A stretch of DNA of 64,000 nt, from IMG/VR virus record IMGVR_UViG_2936072512_000001, positions 15,611 to 79,610 of that record; one strand, given 5' to 3'. The notes under the pieces are model-generated. The model searched no databases. It saw only the letters and a program-made list of their open reading frames with translations, and was not told where the DNA came from. The DNA comes from a virus. Lineage: Duplodnaviria > Caudoviricetes. A program made the translations under genes and the position numbers. The stretch's first letter is position 1; each line of letters starts with the position of its first letter. Positions 19,027 through 28,852 of the stretch are shown here, piece by piece.

Positions 19027-19428
19027 GTGGCTGCAGAACTCGTCGGGGAGGTCGCCGCGTGGCTCGGAACCCCAGCAGCGAGAGGGATGACGCAGGCTGA
19101 GCGGGTCGTGCTGTTCATCATCGCCGAGCGGTCGAAGAAGGAGACACGCCGCATGCTGTGGCACCGCGGCGACCGCGACGACGACGGCAAGAAGATCACC
19201 CTCACCGAAACCATCTGCCTGCGGGCCGGCCTCGGCCCCCGCGGACTCAACGAAGTCCTGCAGCGGCTCGCCGCCCGCGGGCTCGAGGTGCGGATCGCGA
19301 TCGGCACCGACGCGTCGGGGCGAGTGGTGTTCGCCCGGCGCGGGCACGCGGTCGACTACCGGCTGCCGGAGCTGCCCGCCTCGGTCCAGATGCCGCCGAG
19401 GACAGGCCACGCTCCGGCCGTACCCTAA
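19027..19428 (+). CDS. Winged-HTH protein resembling the N-terminus of phage replication initiators
   Basis: MTQAERVVLFIIAE...ICLRAGLGPRGLNEVLQRLAARG pattern. Confidence 0.5.
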   Translation: MAAELVGEVAAWLGTPAARGMTQAERVVLFIIAERSKKETRRMLWHRGDRDDDGKKITLTETICLRAGLGPRGLNEVLQRLAARGLEVRIAIGTDASGRVVFARRGHAVDYRLPELPASVQMPPRTGHAPAVP

Positions 19429-19721
19429 GCGGCCAGCTTCGGAGGCTCCTCGCCATCCTGATCAGGGTCTTCGTGGCGCTCCTCGACGGCCTGGTCGTCG
19501 CGCTCGTCAACCTCGGCCGCGCCCTTCGAGTTGCCCCTGCCGGGGAACAGCAGCTCGATGATGACCGCGACGACCGCGACGACCGCCGCGGCGGAGGCGA
19601 CGCGGTCGTTCGGCACCAGCACACCCAGCACGGCGGCGGCCACGAGGGCCAGGATGATCCGACGCTGCCGCGTCGCGACCAGCCATGAGGCACACTGGAT
19701 GATGAACCGGAAGAAACGCAT
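19425..19721 (-). CDS. Small two-TM moron protein
   Basis: Two TM segments, acidic tail, convergent stop overlap. Confidence 0.55.
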   Translation of the reverse strand: MRFFRFIIQCASWLVATRQRRIILALVAAAVLGVLVPNDRVASAAAVVAVVAVIIELLFPGRGNSKGAAEVDERDDQAVEERHEDPDQDGEEPPKLAA

Positions 19722-19952
19722 GTGACGTGCTCACTTTCGGTCGGCATCTGTCCGAGGCTGCTGCCTGAAGGTCGCGAGCCAGAGCGGCAGCAGTCCGGAC
19801 AGTGTCCGGATTCTCCGGACACTGAATCCATTAAAAACCCCTGATGACGCTGGGATGCGGCGCGCACCGGACAACGACCCACTAGGGTGACAAGTGGGAG
19901 ATATCTGGAGTACGCCGGGATTCCGCCCGGGTCAAATAGGAAGCATTCACAC

Positions 19953-20705
19953 ATGCCCAAGAAGCCCCTCGGCCGGCCCAAGGCCCCGCCCGGACCCCAG
20001 TACGACTTCTTCGACTTGCTGCAGCGCACCGTCCGGCGGCACGACGATCCATCTCTGGACCAGCTCGCCCTGGCGACGCATCGCAGCAAGGCCGTGCTTC
20101 ACCGGCACCTCGTCGGACCAAGGCTCCCGAGTGTTGATCTCCTGGATCGCCTGCTTAGGGCTCTGAAGTGCTCACAGGAGGAGCGGGAGGCGATCGGAGC
20201 GGCGTACACCGCAGCTCACGAGGACCAGATCGAGCGCACCCGCAATGCACAACAGCAGCAACCTGCGGAGTCTCGCCCTGTCACGGACCTTGCCTATGAC
20301 CTTTCCTTCCTTCGTCAGCAAGGGCTGCTCGCCATGTATGAATGGGCGTCGGAGCTGCGGCGTCTGCGAGCTGATGCCGGGAACCCGAGCCTGCGCGCGA
20401 TCATGGACGAAGCTGACAGGCAGGGAATCCAGCGAATCTCCAGGGGCGGGCTGGCTGAATGGCTCACTGGCCGCGGAATGCCGCGCAAGTTCGAGGCCGT
20501 CGAGCCTGTGATGGAGATGCTGGAGCGGGTCGGGACCGGGGTCGGTGTGGACAGTGAGGTAGACCCACTGCGCCGCGACCACTGGCGGAAGCTGTACAAC
20601 CGGGCGCAGAGTGAGCGGAACCTGCTCTCCCACAGCGCGGCCCTGATTGGCGACACGGGGGTCGACCGAGGGCAAGACCTGTGGATACCTCCTAGACGAT
20701 CATGA
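19953..20705 (+). CDS. Tandem XRE-like HTH protein (lower GC3)
   Basis: Two PSLxxL/I HTH units (DDPSLDQLA..RLPS; GNPSLRAI..GRGMP). Confidence 0.7.
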   Translation: MPKKPLGRPKAPPGPQYDFFDLLQRTVRRHDDPSLDQLALATHRSKAVLHRHLVGPRLPSVDLLDRLLRALKCSQEEREAIGAAYTAAHEDQIERTRNAQQQQPAESRPVTDLAYDLSFLRQQGLLAMYEWASELRRLRADAGNPSLRAIMDEADRQGIQRISRGGLAEWLTGRGMPRKFEAVEPVMEMLERVGTGVGVDSEVDPLRRDHWRKLYNRAQSERNLLSHSAALIGDTGVDRGQDLWIPPRRS

Positions 20706-20898
20706 GTTAGGTCACGGTGAGAGCGTGGCCCGTACTCCACGCTGCGACCGTACCCTAACCCCCTGTTAGGCCACGCCCAGACCGTAGCCCCTGTCCGTAA
20801 CAACCTCCCTTCACTGATATCCAGAGAAAGATCCCGCCGACCACCTACAGCTGTAAGGGGGAGATGATCACGCCTCGAACCTGTGGAGAACCGGACAG

Positions 20899-21114
20899 AT
20901 GACCATGGGACGCGTCACCGCCTACGCCATCACCTGCGACACCGAAGGCTGCCCCCTCGGCGCCGCCAACTTCGACAACAACCTCGACGACCTCCGCGCC
21001 TACGCCGCCGCCCAAGGCTGGACCCGCTGCGCAGACGACCGCGACCACTGCCCCGACCACTCGCCCCGGGTCCAGCGCACCTTCCTCGACGTCCTCCTCG
21101 GCCGAACCCGATGA
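20899..21114 (+). CDS. Small Cys/His protein
   Basis: ITCDTEGC..GW..DHCPDH. Confidence 0.6.
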   Translation: MTMGRVTAYAITCDTEGCPLGAANFDNNLDDLRAYAAAQGWTRCADDRDHCPDHSPRVQRTFLDVLLGRTR

Positions 21115-21296
21115 CGCACCCGCTCTTCCACCGCGGCCAGTTCTACTCCTGGGCCTACGAACAGACCATGACCCGCCTCGGCCGCCGCGAACTCCACGGC
21201 CTCCATCACGCCTGGGTCCGCAACCGCGCCGACGCCGTACGCGACCAGCCCCGCCTCGCCGCCATCAAGACCGCATACCGCCGCAAGCGCAGGTAG
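21111..21296 (+). CDS. Small basic protein
   Basis: ATGA-coupled. Confidence 0.55.
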   Translation: MTHPLFHRGQFYSWAYEQTMTRLGRRELHGLHHAWVRNRADAVRDQPRLAAIKTAYRRKRR

Positions 21297-21780
21297 TTGG
21301 CGTACCCCACCACCAGCCACAGGGCCGCTGACCAGCACAAACGCGGGAAGCGCAGAAGCGGGCACCCCCCGACACCCCACGCAGGCCCCCGCCGTACCCC
21401 TCGTCGCTGCTGCCTTTCACCACAGACACCGTTGCAGGCGGACGCAACAGTGCCACAGCAGTGCCCCTAGAAGGAGCTGCAAGGGGTCACAGGCGGACGA
21501 ACAGGGCAAGGTCGGTACAGTGAGACCAGAACGCACCCAAGGCGGTCACAGAGGCACTACAGGGACGCACAGAAGATCCGAGCAAAGTAGACCGTAGTCC
21601 GGTTAGGGGATTTGGGGGAGGGGTGAGGCTGTGCCGTCGCCGGCGCGCGTCCCCGCCGGCGCCCTGCCGAACGATCTTGGAACGGGCGGCGACATAGCCT
21701 CTGGCCAGGCTTTATAACGATCAGCTAACTTTCACTATCGCGTATACCTATATCCCCTTGACGTGCGTCATGATCGCTCC

Positions 21781-22581
21781 ATGTCCATCACACAGAACAC
21801 GCGAGGCGCACTCGCCGCACTGGCCCTAGCGGTCAGCACGGCAGGCGCTTTCGCTCTCACCGTGGACCCCACGTGTGAGACACCGGGGATCGTGTGCATC
21901 CCCGGTCCCCCCGGTCCTGCCGGAGCCACCGGCCCCGCTGGAGCCCCTGGCCTGTCGGCCTACGACCTGGCCGTGCAGCAGGGCTACACCGGCAACCTGT
22001 CGGAATGGCTGGAGTCCCTTCGCGGCCCCGCTGGACCCACCGGCACCCCCGGTCCCACCGGTCCGCAGGGAAGCACCGGCCCCACCGGCCCCGCTGGCCC
22101 TATCGGGTCGCCTGGCCCCAAGGGGGAGAGGGGCGAACGCGGGGAGACCGGTCCCACCGGCCCCGCAGGCAAGCCGGGTACGCCCGGTCCCAGCGGTTCC
22201 CCCGGTCCGAAGGGCGACCGTGGCGACGTGGGGCCTACCGGCCCCGCTGGCGCTGTCGGCCCCGCTGGCTCCCCCGGTCCGAAGGGCGACCCAGGGCGCG
22301 CCGGTACCGACTCGGCCAGCACCCGACGCGACCCCGCCAACACCCCCACGAACACCCCCACCGACACCGGCATGGGCGACACCCGCAACACGTCGTCGGG
22401 CTTCCCCGTCGCGCCCGTGGCAGGCGGGGGCATCGGCCTGGTCCTGCTGGCCATCGCCACCGCTGTCGCGCTGAAGCACCGGCGCGCGAACCATGCCCGT
22501 CAGGCGACGATTCCTAGCGGTTCCGCTACCAACCCTGCTGACGGCACCCCCGCCGTTGGCGACGACACCAAGGAGATCTGA
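21781..22581 (+). CDS. Collagen-like cell-surface protein
   Basis: Signal peptide, about 6 + 32 Gly-X-Y triplets split by [20 protein letters not shown]-terminal TM and KHRR. Confidence 0.85.
   Translation: MSITQNTRGALAALALAVSTAGAFALTVDPTCETPGIVCIPGPPGPAGATGPAGAPGLSAYDLAVQQGYTGNLSEWLESLRGPAGPTGTPGPTGPQGSTGPTGPAGPIGSPGPKGERGERGETGPTGPAGKPGTPGPSGSPGPKGDRGDVGPTGPAGAVGPAGSPGPKGDPGRAGTDSASTRRDPANTPTNTPTDTGMGDTRNTSSGFPVAPVAGGGIGLVLLAIATAVALKHRRANHARQATIPSGSATNPADGTPAVGDDTKEI
22515..22528. promoter_or_regulatory. Palindromic operator-like site TAGCGGTTCCGCTA
   Basis: Motif copy about 55 bp upstream of the 22583 start. Confidence 0.55.
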
Positions 22582-22582
22582 C

Positions 22583-23320
22583 ATGCCCCCCAAGAGCAAG
22601 CCCACCACCAGCAAGCCCGCCCCCGTGGAGCCGACCCCCGCCGTGCCCGCGCGGCTCACCGTGGCGGAGATCAAGGCCGTGTTCATCGGCTTCCTGTCGT
22701 GGCTCTGCACCATGGCCGACGGCACCGTGAAGTCTCCCGTCATGCTCCCTTCCGGGCTCACGGCGGACGGCAGCAAGAACAGCCCACAGCGACTCGCCTA
22801 CCGGTGCGACGGTGCCCGCGTGTCCATCGCGGGCATGGTCGGCGCGCAGCGTCACGGCTGGACCATGGCCGCGAAGTCGTGGCCGGTCATCGGTCGTCTC
22901 TCCGCTGGTGAGGTCGAGGCCGCAGGGCTGTTGGCCCTGGTCTACGGCACCGAAGTGGAGCCGTTCACGCTCGACATCCTGACCAGCACCGGCCACACCG
23001 ATGGGGCGCTGATCGGTGCGCTCTGGCAGGCGAGCCGCGATGACGTGGCCAACCCTGTCGCGACCCTGGTTGCCGCCCTGGCACCCAAGGTCAAGGCCGA
23101 GTCCGGTCCCAAGGTGACCCTGTCGGACGCAGAACAGCAGACCATCAAGGCCCTGCTCGGACTGCCCGTCGACCACCCGATGCACGCTTCGGGACTCGAC
23201 TCGCTGACCGCCGAAGCGCAAGAGGTCTACAAGGCGCGACGTGCCTCGAAGGACGCTAAGGCCGCGATCAGGGCCGCCGCTGAAGCCGCGCAGGCCGACC
23301 AGCAGAACGACCAGGCGTAA
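22583..23320 (+). CDS. Hypothetical protein
   Basis: AAGGAG RBS, ATG at 22583. Confidence 0.7.
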   Translation: MPPKSKPTTSKPAPVEPTPAVPARLTVAEIKAVFIGFLSWLCTMADGTVKSPVMLPSGLTADGSKNSPQRLAYRCDGARVSIAGMVGAQRHGWTMAAKSWPVIGRLSAGEVEAAGLLALVYGTEVEPFTLDILTSTGHTDGALIGALWQASRDDVANPVATLVAALAPKVKAESGPKVTLSDAEQQTIKALLGLPVDHPMHASGLDSLTAEAQEVYKARRASKDAKAAIRAAAEAAQADQQNDQA

Positions 23321-23327
23321 CGCCTGA

Positions 23328-23366
23328 GGCCGGTACCCGCCCGACCGAAACAGGCGGGTACCGGCC
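23328..23366 (+). terminator. 14-bp perfect stem-loop
   Basis: GGCCGGTACCCGCC / GGCGGGTACCGGCC after the stop. Confidence 0.6.
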
Positions 23367-23401
23367 CCACTTCCCCCGATCGTACCTAGCAGGGAGCAAC
23401 C

Positions 23402-24088
23402 ATGCTGATCACTGCCAAGCATCCGCAGGCAATCCAGGCAGCCAAGGACGCAGCCAACGCGCGGGAGACCCGAAACGCGCACCACGACGCGTGCCCCAAG
23501 TGCGCGCACCGGGCCAACCGTTCTCAGGCGTGCCCTCTGGGAAAGATCATTCTGGACACCGTGTCGAGGCTGGAGAGCCAAGCGCGTGACACGCTCACGG
23601 CCTACCTGCCTCCGGGCACGCCCGTCTACTACCGGCTGGGCAAGTGGACCGTTCGGGGCCTGTCGAGTAGGGCACCTTCGGAGGGCTACCGGCTCGAAGC
23701 GCTGGAGGGCGGGTTCGCGCGGCTTGCCCTGGTCGAGGACGTCACGCCGCGCGACGGAGTAGGCGAGCATGAGCGCATCTCGGCCGTGCGCTCGACGGCG
23801 TTCGCCCTACAGTCGGCGCTCCGGAAGTGCGGCGTACGCGCCACCCTGACCGCGCGGTGGCTCCCTGACGGGGTCGGCGTTGACGTGCAGGTGATGATCG
23901 GAGAGCTGTCGCAGGACGCGCCGGAGTGGGCGCGCCAGTACTGGGCATCGCTCCACAGCATGGCCACGCGCCTGCCCGCCCTGGCGCGCGTGTCCACATC
24001 ACCGGCCACGTTCGCCAAAATCGCGGGCGCGGCTCAACGGCTGAGAATCCAGGCCGACAAGATGGACCGCCTGTCACGCGCTGAGTGA
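23402..24088 (+). CDS. Hypothetical protein with HxxxCxxC..C
   Basis: GGGAG RBS, ATG. Confidence 0.65.
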   Translation: MLITAKHPQAIQAAKDAANARETRNAHHDACPKCAHRANRSQACPLGKIILDTVSRLESQARDTLTAYLPPGTPVYYRLGKWTVRGLSSRAPSEGYRLEALEGGFARLALVEDVTPRDGVGEHERISAVRSTAFALQSALRKCGVRATLTARWLPDGVGVDVQVMIGELSQDAPEWARQYWASLHSMATRLPALARVSTSPATFAKIAGAAQRLRIQADKMDRLSRAE

Positions 24089-24095
24089 CCGCCCC

Positions 24096-24130
24096 GAAGC
24101 CGCGCGACCGAACCCCGGTCGCGCGGCTTC
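24096..24130 (+). terminator. 15-bp perfect stem-loop
   Basis: GAAGCCGCGCGACCG-AACCC-CGGTCGCGCGGCTTC. Confidence 0.6.
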
Positions 24131-24234
24131 CGCATGCCGGGGGTACCCCCCTGCCTGGCGGCCGGCAGGGGCCGCCCCGCTCTTCTTTGTCCGCGAAAGT
24201 TTTTGATCTTGTTAGGGTGTGCGGGGGAGGTGTT

Positions 24235-24957
24235 GTGTCTGGTTGTGTGTGTGTTGGCCCGTGTAACAGGGTGTCGCGTGAGGCGTGGGCGGTGTTTTTG
24301 GGGGCTCGCGAGGTGCATGCGGGGGCTGTTGATCGGTGGGTGGGTGGGGGTTGTCGGGGTTCGATTCCTGCTGAGCCGGTGGAGCCTGCTGTGGAGTGGC
24401 GGGTGGGTGAGCCGCTGGTGTGTGGGCGGTGTCGGGGGTCGGTGCGGCGGGCGCTGCTTGAGGTGGATGTGTTGGCGGCGCGGTTGCGTGCGGAGTCGGA
24501 GGGTCTGGGGGCTCAGACGAGGCAGTCGCGGGTGTCGGGGTCGAGGCCTAAGCCTGTGGTGTCGCCGGTGGGGGATCTGCTGGATGAGCTGACGGGCGAG
24601 CTGTTGTGGTTGGAGGACGAGGCTCGCGCCGGGCTGGGCGTGGCGGGTCGTGCTCCTGGTGCTCGTGGTGCGCTGGCCAGGTCGAGGGCGATCTCGTGGC
24701 TGGTGGAGGAGGGCCGCCTGGAGGTGGTGCTCGCGGTGGAGGCGGTCGCGGAGCCGCTGGTGGTGGCGGCGCTCGGCTGGGAGTCGAAGTTGCGGCGGGC
24801 GCTGGGGGAGACGCCGGGGTGGTCGCCGGCGCGGTGCGTGTGCGGGGCGCGGCATCTCGCCTGGGACGCGAAGGTGGGGTTCTTCGTGTGCGGCGAGTGC
24901 GGTCGGCACGTGTCGGAGGTGGAGGAGCGCGGCCTGGTCGTTGAGGAGGCCGGGTAG
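24235..24957 (+). CDS. Zn-ribbon phage regulator-like protein
   Basis: GGAGG RBS, GTG at 24235; CVGPCN, CGRC, C-terminal CVCG..CGECG. Confidence 0.65.
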   Translation: MSGCVCVGPCNRVSREAWAVFLGAREVHAGAVDRWVGGGCRGSIPAEPVEPAVEWRVGEPLVCGRCRGSVRRALLEVDVLAARLRAESEGLGAQTRQSRVSGSRPKPVVSPVGDLLDELTGELLWLEDEARAGLGVAGRAPGARGALARSRAISWLVEEGRLEVVLAVEAVAEPLVVAALGWESKLRRALGETPGWSPARCVCGARHLAWDAKVGFFVCGECGRHVSEVEERGLVVEEAG

Positions 24958-24958
24958 G

Positions 24959-25720
24959 TCACACGCACTCGGCGACCTTCCGGCTCTCAGTTTCCTGGGA
25001 GAACCAAACTCCGTAGTCGAGCACCTCAGCCCCCCATTCGTTGAATGACACACGGCGGGCAGGCTCGCCTCCTCTCTCAATGCTCCAGAGTTGATCGTCG
25101 AGAGGATGGCTGTGCCGCAGCTCGAGGCTGAAGTCCGGGGGGTTGTCTTCGAAGGCGATGAGCTCTACCCGGAATTCACCTTCCGAGCAGGGGGGGAGTT
25201 CTAACCAATAGCTCACGTGCATGATCCTTCCTGCACCCTCGCTCGGAATGCTGGTGAATTGGGCGACGGCCATGGTGGAAAGTGTGTTCGCGTTTCTGAT
25301 GGTGAAGAGATACGGGCCGCGCCCTCTTGACCTCGGCGCGGACGATGTCACTCGGCGAGCGAACTGCACGAGGTGGTCCATGCGCTGTTGTTCGTCGATC
25401 TGGGCAGCTTTCTCCGAAGCGGAGTATGCCAATGTGGCGACGATCACTGCGGCGACGGTGGCGAGCGCGGTAATGATCGTGCCCCATCGGATCGCTCGCC
25501 CTTCACGAGGCCGACGATGCTCGTCTGCTCGACGACGTTTCCGATAGGCGCGTTCGGCCGCTAACCGCGTACTCTTCGGCGAAGATCTCGGCGGCTGCAG
25601 GCGAACTCGGGCGGGCCGTAGACGTGTCTCCGGTTTCTGCGCGGGTGGGGCGGGTTCGGAAACGGGGTCGAGCTGGTTGGCGAGGTGGCGGAAGATCCGA
25701 GCGAGGCGCGGATGTGGCAT
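24959..25720 (-). CDS. Single-TM moron protein (lower GC)
   Basis: Central TM; atypical codon use; opposite strand. Confidence 0.55.
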   Translation of the reverse strand: MPHPRLARIFRHLANQLDPVSEPAPPAQKPETRLRPARVRLQPPRSSPKSTRLAAERAYRKRRRADEHRRPREGRAIRWGTIITALATVAAVIVATLAYSASEKAAQIDEQQRMDHLVQFARRVTSSAPRSRGRGPYLFTIRNANTLSTMAVAQFTSIPSEGAGRIMHVSYWLELPPCSEGEFRVELIAFEDNPPDFSLELRHSHPLDDQLWSIERGGEPARRVSFNEWGAEVLDYGVWFSQETESRKVAECV

Positions 25721-26029
25721 ATGTCCATGATGCTCAAGCTGACTGACTGGCCGCAGGAAGATGATCGAGGAGACCCCGGCTAAGTTCGAGTTGGTGGTGA
25801 GGTCGGCGTTCCATCGCGCGTGCGGGCCGAGTCGCGTCGGTCGGTCGGTGACACGCTCGCTTTCCAGATTTTTGTTCTGTAAGTGCCTGATGACTTGCAG
25901 GAACTACTGATTCTCGCAAGTAACTTCTGTGATCTTGAAAAGGTAGGCCTGAGGGCCTTCTAACCCTTGATAACAGTCATTATCGCAGTCTAGGACATAG
26001 ATCATCTCCGAGACCGTTGAAGGAGAGAC

Positions 26030-26299
26030 ATGCTCCCTCGCGTGTACGTCAAGCGCTCCACGACGGTGCGCGCGGTACGGCTCGCCACCGACAACCACGA
26101 CGACGTCATCGCCTGGCTGGCCGAGCACAACGTCGCCGCCGAGCGGTCATGGACCGGACGGCCAGGCCTGGTGATCACCTACTGCAGCGGCGTCACCTGG
26201 TGGCTCGACGTGGGGGAGTGGGTCATGGTCGACGGCGACGGCCAGGCGGACGTGATGGTCGACGAGAAGTTCGTCGACGCCTATGAGGAGGTCGGATGA
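26030..26299 (+). CDS. Phage hypothetical protein
   Basis: AAGGAG RBS; YVKR..VRAV..GEWV..F...YE pattern. Confidence 0.7.
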   Translation: MLPRVYVKRSTTVRAVRLATDNHDDVIAWLAEHNVAAERSWTGRPGLVITYCSGVTWWLDVGEWVMVDGDGQADVMVDEKFVDAYEEVG

Positions 26300-26583
26300 A
26301 CCCGAACGACGACAGACCCGTGATCGCCGACGCGAGCTCGACGCCGGCGCGGCCGCGGTGGCGCATCCTGCTCGAAGCCGGGTCGCTCCATCTCGGCGGC
26401 ACGTGGCTGCACGAGTGCCGGAAGCCGGACTGCGACCGGGCGGTGCCGGTGAACGTGCTGTTCTGCTGCCCGGCGTGCAGCACGGCCGACGCCGGACGCT
26501 ACGAGCTTGACGCGCACTCGGGCGGGTGCGACGAGACGTGGGTGGAGCGACAGCGGCAAAGTCGCCTGCTGGGCCTGGAGTAG
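26296..26583 (+). CDS. Cys-rich small protein
   Basis: ATGA-coupled. Confidence 0.6.
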   Translation: MNPNDDRPVIADASSTPARPRWRILLEAGSLHLGGTWLHECRKPDCDRAVPVNVLFCCPACSTADAGRYELDAHSGGCDETWVERQRQSRLLGLE

Positions 26584-26593
26584 GAGGACCTCG

Positions 26594-26872
26594 GTGACCA
26601 TCACGCCGACGCGCCGCGTGCACACGCTGACCCGGCGCCGCTACCGCAAGGAAGGCAAGGACGCGCACCTGATGGCATGCGACCAGCTCCGGGCGACAGA
26701 GATGCAGATCAGCGACGGCTTCTGGGAGTGCGACTGCCCGTACGGCTGCGAGTACGTCCGGTTCGAGGCCGTGATGCGGTGCCGCCACGGCCACGAGGAC
26801 CTGTTCATGTGGGGCCAGTTCGGTACGAGCGACCTCGTGCTGGCGGAGATCGCGAAGGGCGGGAAGCGGTGA
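26594..26872 (+). CDS. Cys-rich small protein
   Basis: AGGAGG RBS, GTG at 26594. Confidence 0.6.
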   Translation: MTITPTRRVHTLTRRRYRKEGKDAHLMACDQLRATEMQISDGFWECDCPYGCEYVRFEAVMRCRHGHEDLFMWGQFGTSDLVLAEIAKGGKR

Positions 26873-27345
26873 ACGAGCTGGTGGAGTTCATGAAGGTCCG
26901 CCTCGACGAGGAGGAGCGGGCGGCGCTGGCGTGGCCGGAGGACCAGCGAACCTGGAAGGCGGTGGGCGGCAAGAGCACGATCCGCTACAGCAACGGCCGC
27001 TCGGAGAACTTCCGCGTCATCGATGTCGCCGGGGACGGCTTCCTCGGCTGGGATCGCATCATGGTCGCTCGCGACCTCGGCGGCCTGGTCGAGCACATCG
27101 CCGTCCACGACCCCGCGCGCGTGCTGCGTGAAGTGGCGGCGAAGCGGAAGCTGCTCGCCGACTACGAGCACACGGTGAGGCTGCGCGACGAGGCCGCGGC
27201 CCGGGTGGAGGACGTTGAAGAGGGTCCGATGACGAGGGACTTCATGGTGTGGGAGAACGCAGTGCGCGAGGTGGCGCTGTTGGAACGGTGGTTGGAGCAG
27301 CTGGCCGCGCCGTACCTGCAGGCCGAGGGCCAGCGCGGTGAGTGA
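26869..27345 (+). CDS. DUF6221-like actinophage protein
   Basis: LVEFMKVRLDEEE..HIAVHDPARVLREVAAKRKLL..LAAPY. Confidence 0.75.
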   Translation: MNELVEFMKVRLDEEERAALAWPEDQRTWKAVGGKSTIRYSNGRSENFRVIDVAGDGFLGWDRIMVARDLGGLVEHIAVHDPARVLREVAAKRKLLADYEHTVRLRDEAAARVEDVEEGPMTRDFMVWENAVREVALLERWLEQLAAPYLQAEGQRGE

Positions 27346-27724
27346 CCTCGTCGGCTTCCTGCGGGACCAGCTTGACGAGGAGGAGCGCGACGCGGGACTA
27401 GCCATGGCCGCTCTCCTGCCGGCGCGCATGCTGACCGGGGGCGAGCAGGTGACGGTGCCTGTCGAGCGGGTGCTGCGACAGCTCCCGAAGGAGCTGGCGC
27501 AGCACATCGCACGGCATGACCCGCCCGCGGTGCTGGCGGACGTCGCGTCGAGGCGGCAGATCCTCGCCGACCACCGTATGACGCAGGCCGAGGCCGTGAC
27601 CGAGGACGACTCCCTGTTCTGGGAGGAGTGCCGCGAGTGCGGGGGCGAGTGGCCGTGCCGTACGGTGCGCAGGCTGGCGGCCAGGTATGAGCGCCTGCCC
27701 GGGTTCAAGGACGAGTGGCGATGA
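27338..27724 (+). CDS. DUF6221-like actinophage protein (tandem paralog)
   Basis: LVGFLRDQLDEEE..HIARHDPPAVLADVASRRQIL..PGFKDEWR. Confidence 0.75.
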   Translation: MSDLVGFLRDQLDEEERDAGLAMAALLPARMLTGGEQVTVPVERVLRQLPKELAQHIARHDPPAVLADVASRRQILADHRMTQAEAVTEDDSLFWEECRECGGEWPCRTVRRLAARYERLPGFKDEWR

Positions 27725-27749
27725 GCGAGCCACTGCCCGCGATCAGACG

Positions 27750-27763
27750 TAGCGTTTCCGCTA
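27750..27763. promoter_or_regulatory. Operator-like site TAGCGTTTCCGCTA
   Basis: One-mismatch motif copy, intergenic. Confidence 0.5.
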
Positions 27764-28049
27764 GGTGTTGCGCCAGGTCAGCAGGTGTGTCACACTTCCT
27801 GCCAGCGGTCCCCGTGTGTCTTCCGGCAGGCCGCTGACCTGGGGTAAGGCGGGAGAGCCGTTCGCGCGAGGGCGGCTCCCCACCGCCTTCCAGCGAAGCG
27901 AAGCGCTGAGATCCATTCTGAGACGTCGATTCGCGCGCCTATCCGATCACCTTCACGCGGTTCTGATCGCGTCACAGCGTGGACTACAGCGCTCCGCTTC
28001 AAGGTCCTGTCAGGTCCGGAATCGCCTCATACGAGTGCTTTCGCACGGA

Positions 28050-28316
28050 ATGCGAGGTGAGGCGATCCCGCCGCACCCGACGCCCGTCACCGCCGCCCAG
28101 GCCGCCGAACGGCTCGAGCGGACGCCCGCCACGATCCGCCAGTGGGCGATCAGGTATGGCGCCCGCCAGCTCGGCCGCGCCGGCCGGGAGACCGTCTACG
28201 ACTACGCCGACCTGGCGTCGATCGAGGCGTGCATCTGGCGGGGCGAACCGGTCCCACCGACGCCCGCGGACCGCGACGACCTACGCGCCCAGCTTGTCTG
28301 GGAGGCAGCAGCATGA
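28050..28316 (+). CDS. Small MerR-like HTH protein
   Basis: VTAAQAAERLERTPATIRQWAIRY. Confidence 0.65.
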   Translation: MRGEAIPPHPTPVTAAQAAERLERTPATIRQWAIRYGARQLGRAGRETVYDYADLASIEACIWRGEPVPPTPADRDDLRAQLVWEAAA

Positions 28317-28520
28317 CCGAGCCGAGATCGTTCAGGGCTGCGTGAGGCAAGGGTTTCGGTTGCGGCTGACCACGCCAAGCATGGGACCGAATTAGGTATC
28401 GACCGCCACCCTTGCGCTGACCTGGGCAAACGTCTCGGCTCACACCAGACAGTCCCTGCATTCTGTCTGGTATAGCGCTGGGCTCGTCATGCCCATACAA
28501 CTGACTCGAAGGAACCCCTC

Positions 28521-28733
28521 ATGATCCACGTGAAGAGACAGGTCCGCATCGCCGGTGCCGAGCGCGTCGCTCTCGCCCAGGCCGTCCGCGAGCAGTACGA
28601 AGCCGGGCAGACGATCCGCGACATCGCCACGGCGATCGGCCGCTCGTACGGCTTCGTCCACCAGCTGCTGCGCGAGGCCGAGGCCGAGGTGCGCGGCCAC
28701 GGCGGCACGCGCAGTGCGGTGGCGAGCCAGTAA
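28521..28733 (+). CDS. Small HTH protein
   Basis: YEAGQTIRDIATAIGRSYGFVHQLLREA; AAGGA RBS. Confidence 0.8.
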   Translation: MIHVKRQVRIAGAERVALAQAVREQYEAGQTIRDIATAIGRSYGFVHQLLREAEAEVRGHGGTRSAVASQ

Positions 28734-28737
28734 AGCG

Positions 28738-28770
28738 GAAAGCCCCGAACCCGTGAGGGGCCGGGGCTTC
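28738..28770. terminator. Hairpin between convergent genes
   Basis: AAGCCCCG...CGGGGCTT. Confidence 0.5.
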
Positions 28771-28852
28771 GCTCGCACGAACTCTGAGCCAGTTACGTGA
28801 TGCCCGGACGCTACACGGGATGATCGCGAACGGCAACAAACCGGACAGACGA

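Noticed and set aside
21900-22310. Repeats such as CCCACCGGCCCCGC as a CRISPR or tandem DNA array
   Set aside because: Explained by Gly-X-Y codons; no constant repeat-spacer period.
24085-24234. N-terminal part of ORF 24085-24957
   Set aside because: Runs through hairpins and a palindrome; a GGAGG RBS supports a start at 24235.
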